Below, in pieces: positions 59,901-64,000 of a stretch of 64,000 nt of DNA. The position numbers and the translations under genes were made by a program. The stretch's first letter is position 1. The number at the start of each line of letters is the position of its first letter. This DNA comes from Phoronis australis. Taxonomy: Eukaryota > Animalia > Phoronida. The stretch is from assembly GCA_002633005.1 (NCBI GenBank), contig NMRA01000180.1:146125-210124 (forward strand), written 5' to 3'. The notes beneath the pieces were generated by a model. The model was not told the DNA's origin and searched no databases. It saw only the letters and a list, made by a program, of their open reading frames with translations.

Positions 59901-60085
59901 GCACCGAGGAGAGGTGTGACGAATTCCAGTCGAAGACGGATGAACTCTTACAGAAACTCAGCGAGTATATCGCGCATGAGCAGAGCAAAACTCAATTCAG
60001 ATCGAACATAAACTACGCTACAGGGACCCAGCAGCAGCCAAGAAGTCACAAAGACCTTCTCCTAACCAATAGTAAAAACAAATGA
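1..60085 (+). CDS. PKD1L: Polycystin-1 family protein (PKD1-like / REJ-type receptor-channel subunit); 5'-partial, 40 exons in window, about 3665 aa
   Basis: Phase-consistent chain of GT-AG exons (sum 10998 nt, divisible by 3, ending TGA 60083-60085). Motifs: PKD repeats (WGFGDDS...HKYNKPGVY), REJ, NPFPW, GPS (CLFYDEEQSEWNDGGC...CFCSHLTSF), PLAT (YEITVWTG...AGTTA...WHDNHGSSPSWF), HIWFSVF..P..SKFTRVQR, TOP (YGGGGFVAELG...WLDLHTRAVFVEFVLYNP), KFLKLLRFN, VNMFMGIL. Family is certain; exact orthology (PKD1 vs PKD1L1/2/3 vs REJ) is not established. Confidence 0.95.
1107..1315 (+). CDS. Exon 2: PKD domain
   Basis: Acceptor aatag|, donor |gtaag; AYGNNVSFTWSPGD...FVYTAAGVYEWRYRAWNMISS; phase 1-0; absent from ORF track. 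Confidence 0.88.
1636..1782. repeat. Two adjacent short GC-rich elements sharing CCACTTTTTTCAGTGCT.CGCCGC.CATG
   Basis: Similar 3' segments at about 1680-1708 and 1754-1783. Confidence 0.55.
2746..2854 (+). CDS. Exon 3: start of next PKD domain
   Basis: ttttcag|QNITVEDLLFNVSVSPTTFPATVRGQLTMIRIEKSQ g|gtactt; phase 0-1. Confidence 0.8.
3500..3550 (+). CDS. Exon 4 (51 nt): PKD core motif
   Basis: ttttaag|(G)EPADFIVDLGDSTVVK g|gtatgt; VDLGDS resembles the WDFGDG PKD motif; phase 1-1. Confidence 0.78.
4252..5212. repeat. 480-bp near-identical direct duplication split by a single N at 4732; probable haplotype-overlap assembly artefact
   Basis: 4252..4731 vs 4733..5212, about 6 substitutions, junction exactly at the N. 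Confidence 0.85.
5745..6010 (-). mobile_element. Penelope-like retroelement remnant (C-terminal GIY-YIG endonuclease region)
   Basis: Minus-strand translation KSAVTDHELGCNYVINWDDACPIEWENSLRSRRIRESI*VRKSDPIMNRDDAG, then a frameshift to QLPKIW; matches the typical PLE EN tail SA..H...I.W...E....R.I.E.I.I....NRD.G. Confidence 0.8.
6279..7406 (+). mobile_element. Non-autonomous Kolobok-like DNA transposon with degenerate THAP domain (copy 1, both ends present)
   Basis: 15-bp TIRs AGGAGAATGCCACCC (6279) and GGGTGGCATTCTCCT (7392-7406), flanked by TTAA and TTGA; 6465-6650 reads CIVPACPN...FFRHPREPKMLSKW...HRV*GRHF (THAP C2CH) with stops. Confidence 0.8.
7467..7571 (+). CDS. Exon 5: N-terminal half of PAN/apple domain
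   Basis: Pyrimidine tract + ttttcag|(V)TSDNFTISGDPEEMVFRRRTNMTLLSSPMETITG g|gtacat; phase 1-1. Confidence 0.72.
8356..8538 (+). CDS. Exon 6: PAN/apple domain core
   Basis: tttgcag|(A)TFRVCLRKCLLHPEDNFKCKSFEYNRTSNNCYL...DVYELKE g|gtgagt; CxxxC...CxSFxY...CxL pattern; phase 1-1. Confidence 0.88.
11003..11133. repeat. Short GC-rich dispersed repeat (AGGGGCGGATACAGGATTTTG ... CCCCTAAATCCCTCACTG)
   Basis: Termini related to 13446, 14620-14641 and 17700-17719 (AAAATCCTGGATCCGCCCCTG). Confidence 0.55.
11376..11925. repeat. Degenerate minisatellite, about 3.5 units of 130-170 bp
   Basis: Recurrent GCGTTTCAG...CTTTCCAAGAATCGTCATG...GATAAATACAT...AATTCAACCGACATCACAACAGTC. Confidence 0.85.
13636..14420 (+). 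mobile_element. 785-bp insertion flanked by 11-bp direct repeat ATTATTCCTGT, inside a dispersed repeat
   Basis: ATTATTCCTGT at 13625-13635 and 14421-14431; uninterrupted paralogous site at about 17655-17720; 3' end has AATAAA then an A-run. Confidence 0.7.
13773..13850 (-). other. tRNA-derived (SINE-head-like) pseudo-sequence
   Basis: Minus strand TGGCGTAGTGGTA (A box) ... GCTTCGACCCC (B-box-like) at tRNA-like spacing; no intact cloverleaf seen. Confidence 0.55.
14443..14616. other. Assembly gap (174 N)
   Basis: N run. Confidence 0.99.
15317..17087 (-). mobile_element. Kolobok-like THAP element copy 2: inverted relative to copy 1, with extra internal sequence, one end lost
   Basis: TTAA|AGGAGCATGCCACCC at 15313-15331; 15317-15465 and about 16247-17085 align in reverse complement to 7260-7406 and 6358-7235; THAP reads CIVPACPN...LRVCG. 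Confidence 0.8.
15625..15963. repeat. Diverged tandem dimer of about 170 bp inside Kolobok-like copy 2
   Basis: TGGTATTTGGACACACCG...GAGAACCTAGATCTGTGTTGTT...GAGTTCTA occurs twice. Confidence 0.8.
17089..17330 (+). mobile_element. Fragment of a second THAP-encoding DNA transposon
   Basis: Starts TATAGACCCTATTCACG; translation CSANG*KKYGHATACFAISKDIEIRKRWVVAIRRDEAK resembles the THAP core F...KD...RKRW..AIRRD. Confidence 0.65.
17415..17720. repeat. Dispersed repeat, uninterrupted paralogue of 13446..14641
   Basis: Shared GGATTTAGGGG, TTCGGGTGC.AATTGCTGACTA, CTGCATCCCCA...TAGGCTGG, TTATTCCTGTGCCCTGCCCC, AAAATCCTGGAT.CGCCCCTG. Confidence 0.75.
18843..18932. other. Assembly gap (90 N)
   Basis: N run. 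Confidence 0.99.
19193..19344 (+). CDS. Exon 7: F5/8 type C (discoidin) domain part 1
   Basis: ctttcag|...KYSSSSHL...PGNAKLDSSRAWKP...DPFVQ|gtaata; phase 1-0. Confidence 0.85.
20100..20521. mobile_element. MITE-like element with imperfect terminal inverted repeats
   Basis: GTTGCATGAACAGTCCCAAACAGGGA (20102) vs TCCCTGTTTAGGACTGTTTCATGCAAC (20491-20517). Confidence 0.7.
20631..20762 (+). CDS. Exon 8: F5/8 type C domain part 2
   Basis: ttttacag|IELERASLIIGITVQGDGSSNWVTSFTAESRNVGEPWHHVDNGM|gtctgt; phase 0-0. Confidence 0.85.
22874..23012 (+). CDS. Exon 9: F5/8 type C domain part 3
   Basis: ttcacag|DFQANVDSST...AILCRYLRIRPKGYQGEIAVRIGLKGAT g|gtgagg; phase 0-1. Confidence 0.87.
23548..26964 (+). 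CDS. Exon 10 (3417 nt): about 10 PKD repeats plus start of REJ domain
   Basis: Within ORF 23526..27137; acceptor ttttcag|ct, donor ccag|gtaaat; repeated DFGD...H.Y...G.Y.V....N.VS; REJ start CKFPVLDL...LDATAGVVDPD...WFCKR; phase 1-1. Confidence 0.95.
27548..27737 (+). CDS. Exon 11: REJ
   Basis: gtttcag|...TYNLRAVVKKDTRS...NGAPPQIKI ga|gtaagt; phase 1-2. Confidence 0.88.
27989..28090 (+). CDS. Exon 12: REJ
   Basis: tttacag|CFTNCLNNKLNPVNRLALRS...YEY ag|gtaaga; phase 2-2. Confidence 0.88.
29965..30176 (+). CDS. Exon 13: REJ
   Basis: gttttag|WDILDV...STGVESRDFALDEGVF...SPDLY g|gtatca; phase 2-1. Confidence 0.85.
30967..31170 (+). CDS. Exon 14: REJ
   Basis: gtttcag|GESYYEFVVNDPP...CTVTPPNGTALNTTFMVECTGFEDVDVPIKYSF...a|gtgagt; phase 1-1. 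Confidence 0.92.
31908..32038 (+). CDS. Exon 15: REJ C-terminus
   Basis: tttgtag|...KLPPGLESENNVVYIVVKATDSIG...EIP|gtgagt; phase 1-0. Confidence 0.88.
33777..34040 (+). CDS. Exon 16: helical GAIN-A region with Ser/Thr/charged insert
   Basis: ccacag|VFRQKIS...EKEKNKQ|gtcagt; phase 0-0. Confidence 0.82.
34358..34483 (+). CDS. Exon 17
   Basis: cttgtag|LRLKMMDVIASVEVNDPETSNQLLGAAVSVTAKPDEVSEETQ|gtaaga; phase 0-0. Confidence 0.85.
35465..35582 (+). CDS. Exon 18
   Basis: gcgtag|DKATEIASSASNQMKNMADDPSVSAEALEELADNAVKLL a|gtatgt; phase 0-1. Confidence 0.8.
35811..35922. repeat. (GA)n microsatellite
   Basis: Long GA run; explains the spurious SLSLSL ORFs. Confidence 0.98.
36551..36687 (+). CDS. Exon 19: Ser-rich linker
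   Basis: ttccacag|(S)NVLQASVETVMSSTDSS...SGSNDQ|gtgaaa; phase 1-0. Confidence 0.8.
37347..37557 (+). CDS. Exon 20
   Basis: ttccag|VSGSSNG...LLDQITDFTLKKKVIGESA...KLNN g|gtaagt; phase 0-1. Confidence 0.82.
37925..38031 (+). CDS. Exon 21
   Basis: tttacag|(V)MVSANSKDDDSSFKLSDSIAMFGQSNDTQRYMSTV|gtgagt; phase 1-0. Confidence 0.8.
38297..38421. mobile_element. Small MITE-like inverted repeat
   Basis: GTTCAGTAACGCTA (38297-38310) and TAGCGTTACTGAAC (38408-38421), perfect 14-bp IR. Confidence 0.55.
38982..39137 (+). CDS. Exon 22: GAIN-B region (NPFPW motif)
   Basis: cataag|VKSEKVNPFPWAADSSAVSSNINSFSFKD...VKVSGL...LQE|gtacac; phase 0-0. Confidence 0.85.
40899..41226 (+). CDS. Exon 23: GAIN-B with Ser/Thr-rich insert
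   Basis: atttcag|FNPTPN...GSGTFFCVFMTT g|gttagt; phase 0-1 (an alternative phase-1 donor at 41190 is possible). Confidence 0.72.
41297..42860. repeat. About 782-bp near-identical direct duplication split by a single N at 42078; probable haplotype-overlap artefact
   Basis: 41297..42077 vs 42079..42860 with scattered substitutions and 1-bp indels. Confidence 0.85.
43467..43587 (+). CDS. Exon 24
   Basis: ttttcag|(D)GANPVDCSNHLKCTLP...DPNVCFLDTQSVN ac|gtgagt; phase 1-2. Confidence 0.82.
43824..44031 (+). CDS. Exon 25: GPS motif first half
   Basis: Acceptor cgtag| is weak but in phase; ...SCLFYDEEQSEWNDGGCR|gtaagt; 5' boundary uncertain. Confidence 0.8.
44578..44802 (+). CDS. Exon 26: GPS cleavage site (HL|T) and TM1
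   Basis: tttcaag|VGRNTTYSSTQCFCSHLTSFAS...NPVCFVFSICIMALYLVIIVWARKAD...K|gtaata. Confidence 0.95.
45329..45573 (+). CDS. Exon 27: PLAT domain part 1
   Basis: cttacag|VGVTPLEDN...YEITVWTGFRAGAGTTAHV...HL ag|gtatgt. Confidence 0.95.
46366..46498 (+). CDS. Exon 28: PLAT domain part 2
   Basis: gtttcag|VWHDNHGSSPSWFFSRMLVEDVQTGEKFYFICDRYLAVEEDDGA|gtgaga. Confidence 0.95.
47216..48028 (+). CDS. Exon 29: TM2-TM5 with cytoplasmic loop
   Basis: gtttcag|IDRVVP...DGHIWFSVFARPTRSKFTRVQRITCC...LPWWF...EWLASM...FFTQPLK|gtaagt. Confidence 0.95.
48143..49230. mobile_element. Probable non-autonomous DNA transposon bounded by a 19-bp perfect inverted repeat
   Basis: AATGTGACGTCACCGGAAG (48143-48161) and CTTCCGGTGACGTCACATT (49212-49230), with weaker similarity extending inward. 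Confidence 0.6.
49850..50058 (+). CDS. Exon 30
   Basis: ttcttag|VLILGLFYALVIKKPDQDEDED...PPDEHALQEARKL cg|gtacgt; phase 0-2. Confidence 0.9.
50171..50366 (+). CDS. Exon 31: channel S1
   Basis: tttccag|FKEMEMYTIIKEIAFYMFFLYLLLMCAYGNQDP...EISK|gtatta. Confidence 0.92.
50851..51140. repeat. 84-bp duplication around a single N (50935) containing a 33-bp tandem unit
   Basis: 50851..50934 vs 51044..51127; unit TTCGTAGTTAAGGGCCARAGTATCCATTTGCA. Confidence 0.8.
51190..51358 (+). CDS. Exon 32: TOP domain
   Basis: ttttaag|VKTRITFWNWVQGTLIQSLY...MGVARLRQLRVRP g|gtttgt. Confidence 0.93.
52093..52212 (+). CDS. Exon 33: TOP domain
   Basis: gctttag|(A)SCKVPKPINAYISSCRQGYNIIGEDDGSYLSGWTPSNTS g|gtgaga. 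Confidence 0.9.
52901..53179 (+). CDS. Exon 34: TOP domain
   Basis: tacaaag|...IYGGGGFVAELG...NNWLDLHTRAVFVEFVLYNPSLNLY...EGG g|gtaaga. Confidence 0.95.
53457..53620 (+). CDS. Exon 35: channel S2
   Basis: tttccag|(G)ALPFPRFHIMRLDRYVG...KKAYFK|gttcgt. Confidence 0.92.
54436..54582 (-). mobile_element. Third degenerate THAP-domain remnant (DNA transposon)
   Basis: Minus strand MPTK(frameshift)CYMGCNSDGRKVEKLAFLTSTKEKKIWSEWVNQGPRIDFEPN, a THAP-like N-terminus. Confidence 0.55.
55379..55537 (+). CDS. Exon 36: channel S3
   Basis: attacag|DNWNVMEFLLMLLSI...FDNFQYTITWDE|gttagt. Confidence 0.93.
56131..56386 (+). CDS. Exon 37: channel S4-S5 and pore helix
   Basis: tttccag|MYGIMLA...KFLKLLRFNKNM...AFSQMAFLFFG...METLGTMML a|gtaagt. 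Confidence 0.95.
56791..56986 (+). CDS. Exon 38: pore filter and S6
   Basis: ctttcag|(N)RFDFNAFDSADPVLGPSFF...VNMFMGILCDAFSTVK...EIVDFMVT ag|gtaggc. Confidence 0.95.
58958..59034 (+). CDS. Exon 39: cytoplasmic tail
   Basis: tttatag|FKRLIGFDTPKNNRISQEHNSYVGK g|gtaagt; phase 2-1. Confidence 0.85.
59895..60085 (+). CDS. Exon 40 (terminal coding exon): short coiled coil and stop
   Basis: attccag|(G)LSTEERCDEFQSKTDELLQKLSEYIAHEQ...SKNK TGA; heptad-like F..K.DELL..L..YI. Confidence 0.85.
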
Positions 60086-63000
60086 TTCGAATCTATGGAA
60101 TTGGACGCGAATTTACGAAAGAAGGGACAATAGAATCCAAAACTTCATTTTTCCGATGTTCATGCAACAACATACGTGTATTATAGGATTTTAAATGCTA
60201 CTTACAAGCTCTGTTTTTCGAATTTCAATGCGTTATTATCACTGAATAATTTCATGAGGGAGATTATAATTACATTTCACTAGCAAGAATTATAGTCCAG
60301 GCCAAAGCGTTTGTAACGCTTGTCGATTTCACAATCTTGCCAAACAGAGTGCATTAGGCTCACAGAATTTTAGTTGGTTCCACAAAGGATTAAATGGTCG
60401 AGTAGCGGTTTTAAGTTCCATTGGAATGGGTTTAGTTTATTTCAACCAGTCGTGACTTTTAGATCGACGAGCTTGACCCTCCGTTGAACGTGAAGATCGA
60501 TGTGTTTAATTCCGACACGTGCCGTGTAGGCCTACTTTGTTTACCCACATACACTCGCAAAGGACAAGAACCAGTTCGTTTTCTGGTACATGGTGGTATT
60601 TCATATTCGAAAGAACGAATTCGACTGTATTCGCATTTTAAAGCAATCCAGTAAAATGGTTTCAAAGACCTTGGAGAATCTCAGACCTCTTGCGTGGCAA
60701 GTTTTTTAAATGATCGTGCACTGTACTTGCTTCATGTAATTTATGCAAGCTGCCGTAAACAAATCTATGATGCCGCTCTTCTACAAAAGATCCCGTATTA
60801 CTCTAAAATATTTATACTATTGAAACTATTGACTTTAGTTTTGTTTGCACGTGAGTTAGCACTTTACGTAATATGTTGTGGTGACAAACCTTTAGTGTAT
60901 GTTGTTAAGGTTATTAATTTAAGATCTGGAATTAAGAAAACAAGCTTTTATGTACGGGTACTTATCTCGGCCATGTTGTCACTATGAACAGTGCGGGTAG
61001 ACATGAGAATCTCGCGAGAAAACTCATTGAAAAATCTTACACGTTTACGCGAATTTCTCGTCGGAACACACACCCCAGATTAGTGTTAAGTGGTGGTGAG
61101 GCAAAACTACCTTATTGTTGCCAATGAAGCCTTTCACGAGACACCATCTGCTTGTCATTTTACATGATGCAACAAGTGGTACAAAATGCCTTATCAAAAT
61201 GGAAATAAGACATGAAAAGAGATGACGCTAAAGAATCCCAAGATTACCTAGGTCTTCTCAAAATTTCGCCTTACATTACAAGCGGAGCACGTGATCATGC
61301 TACTGTGGCTATGTCTTTGGTACTCCTTTGCAAGCGTCCCCAACCATTTAATAGGATGTTAGACTATAGAACCTGCAGTGGTGGTGCGATAATCTGTCCA
61401 AATGTGTTTGAGTGCGTCCTCGTAACGTCTAAAGACAGGACACTTATGATATATTTATCCATTAATCGATACCTCATTAAAAGCACCTTTCTAATCGTTT
61501 GATGTTACAGATCTACAGACGATGGACTGCTACATACAAAACAGTAGCATGTTTGAAACTGACTCGTAATATGCTATTCATCTTCCTTGTCCTATGTTCG
61601 GTTTTATTTAGTCTCGGCCTTCATTGTTTATGATTAATTATTACTACAGTGTATGTATTAATAAATGTGAGTATGGCAAAGAGCTGCGTGTGTTTGGATG
61701 TTTTCCCTGCATACTACGCGAACAGCTAACTGTAGCTAAACAGGACAGATATAACAACAGCAACGGGTTGAAAAATGATGGTCTACTTGAATGATTGTAT
61801 TTGAACAAACGACATCGCGAAGAGCTCGCAGAACATTTGCCACAAACAGATAAAGCCAAGAACAACACTACTGCATACGAACGCATGCGCAGAAAAAAGA
61901 ACACAGGAACGACAGTTATAATACTACTAATATTTACTAGCATATACTTTGTAAATTGTAGCCTATATGTCTATGGCAAGGACGCCACGCAGTGGTGTAA
62001 TAACCATGTACAAATGCTGACGACGGACCAGAAACACGAATTGATCGTCTTATTGCAGACAAGTTCAGTGAACCCTCCAGACGGAACTTGCAAAGAACTA
62101 CGTAAAAGACAGGTGTGAAGAAATAGATAACGATGATTATATACACAGAGACAAACGACTGTAGAATGATGACGGAGGAAACTATTCTCTGATAAATAAA
62201 TTTAATTGAAATTAAATTTCATTTATGAAACGTGGAGTTTTCGACAAGCTCGATCTGTCTGCTTGAGACTGCCAGATATCATTTATTGGCTGTTATGTCA
62301 GTTTTGCCAAAGGATTTCATGGTGATTTAAAATATTAACTGACTTCAGGGAATTTTTATGATTTTTAAATAAAATTTTAACGCTAAAACCGTAACAGTTT
62401 TCAAGTAGAATGCACCAAAATGCAGTTTCCCACGTCAAGCGCTGACAATTGCTTAGAGAGGCTCCCAAATCAAGGTGGAGTACCGAGACGCCTGTTAGTC
62501 CTCGTGGACCGAGCGCCCACTGCTCGGTATTGTGTGCATGCCTCCTGGAATCTAGGAAAGGTAAATCTTGTAGCCCAGTACGAATAAATCTGATATCTTA
62601 GAGATGGCTCAGCATGCAGGAGTTCAGTGCTTCCTGTTTTACATTACGCTTCTGATTCATATTTTTTGCCAATTTCGAACAAATCTTCTGAGAAATTTGT
62701 TTCATTGAATGCAGGCTAAAAAATTAGTGAAATCGACCGGTGGCATTCTTTTTCCCAAATACTGTAGCAAATCCCATAGATACCTTTTGCCAACGTGATG
62801 TAATAAATGGCGGGTCTAGGATGTGAAAAGAGTGGCCAAAGCGCGATTCTCGAATTTGTTTCGGTCGCGTTCGTAGATATCTCGTAAATAGGTAACGCGT
62901 TACGAAATTGATGTCTTGGTGCATTTTGACCAGTAAATGGAATTCGGGCAAACCTAGATCATATGAACCGCCGACGCAGCAAAAAGTCCAGGTCCGCCTA

Positions 63001-64000
63001 TGAAGGTATAAAAAGCATCTTTGTTTTCTGGCTAAGTGTCGTCTCGTATGCGTTCAATGTGTCAGATTTTGTATGTAATCCAATAGATGTCTCCGGCACT
63101 CGGTCAAATGGTCGGTATGTACACTGACTAGGTCATATGCTTTGAAAAAATCTGACTGTGCACATTGCAGAAAGCCCTTAGTTAAAATAGAAAAAACTTA
63201 CCCTGCTGCAACAATTAATCTTTTCCGTCGGGGAATATATCTTGCACACCAATGGAATTAATCAACTGATTGTGATCTATTGTTGTGTTGACTTACAGGG
63301 TGGACTACCTGTAGTCGTTCAAAACACACTGAGGGATTATTCTGCCCTTATACGCCCACAGGTAATCCGTTTGAAAGTTTGAAAGTAATCCACCTGGGGT
63401 AATCCATTTGGTCCTTCGTCTCGAAGGAATCTTGACCGCGTATCAGCAATATTTTCTCTCGTTTTCCACTACAGGGTCGCCAAACAACTTTCCCGAAACA
63501 TCCGACGCTTACACAATCACCCAAAAACTGATAGAGGAGAACTATCGGTACTCTTTGAAAGAGAAGTCCAATGGCTCCAAGTGCAGGCAGGAAAGTTTCT
63601 TTCATAAATTACTTACAGAACACGAGGCGTAACAAAAAGATCAGATTATGTCGTCATAGTTAGTAACCCGCTCATTATGACGTCACATGTTCTGAATGTG
63701 TGTTATGGAAAGTGTTTTTAAATCGTCTTTTTGGACGCTAAGTTCATCAACTCTGACTGCAGTTTAACTGTTAAAACTAATGTTTCGTGCACTATTAATT
63801 TGGTAGTCACATTTTAATTTGTTTTATTAGGAAATACAAATGCAAAAGATGCAATCATAATCATGTGGACGAACATCACAACTAAGTGATTGCGCACGAT
63901 CTCACAAACTGATGGAGTAAATATCCAACTAAGTTGAACCACACAACGAATGAGCCACCCTCTGTTGGACAGTTAATGACGCCCCATGAGAGACAAAAGG

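Noticed and set aside
62195-62200. AATAAA as the polycystin poly(A) signal
   Set aside because: Such hexamers are frequent in this AT-rich DNA and cannot be assigned without 3'-end data.

Overview
AT-rich animal (most likely invertebrate) genomic DNA, not prokaryotic. Almost the whole window (1..60085, + strand) is one intron-rich polycystin-1-family gene (PKD1/PKD1-like/REJ). By hand I traced 40 GT-AG exons with consistent phases: 10998 nt, about 3665 aa plus stop, with the 5' end outside the window. Domain order: PKD repeats, PAN/apple, F5/8-type C (discoidin), about 10 PKD repeats in one 3.4-kb exon, REJ, GAIN/GPS with an intact HL|T site, TM1, PLAT, further TMs, TOP domain, TRPP-like channel, C-terminal coiled coil. 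The most striking observation is that the PAN + discoidin exons form a phase-1/phase-1 cassette sitting inside a single PKD domain, so skipping them would restore an intact PKD repeat. The two PAN exons are also flanked by inverted copies of a THAP-bearing, TTAA-targeting (Kolobok-like) transposon. Introns hold other THAP remnants, a Penelope GIY-YIG remnant, MITEs, an insertion with an 11-bp target-site duplication whose empty-site paralogue is in the window, tandem repeats, and single-N haplotype-overlap assembly artefacts. All calls come from reading the sequence by eye; no searches were run.
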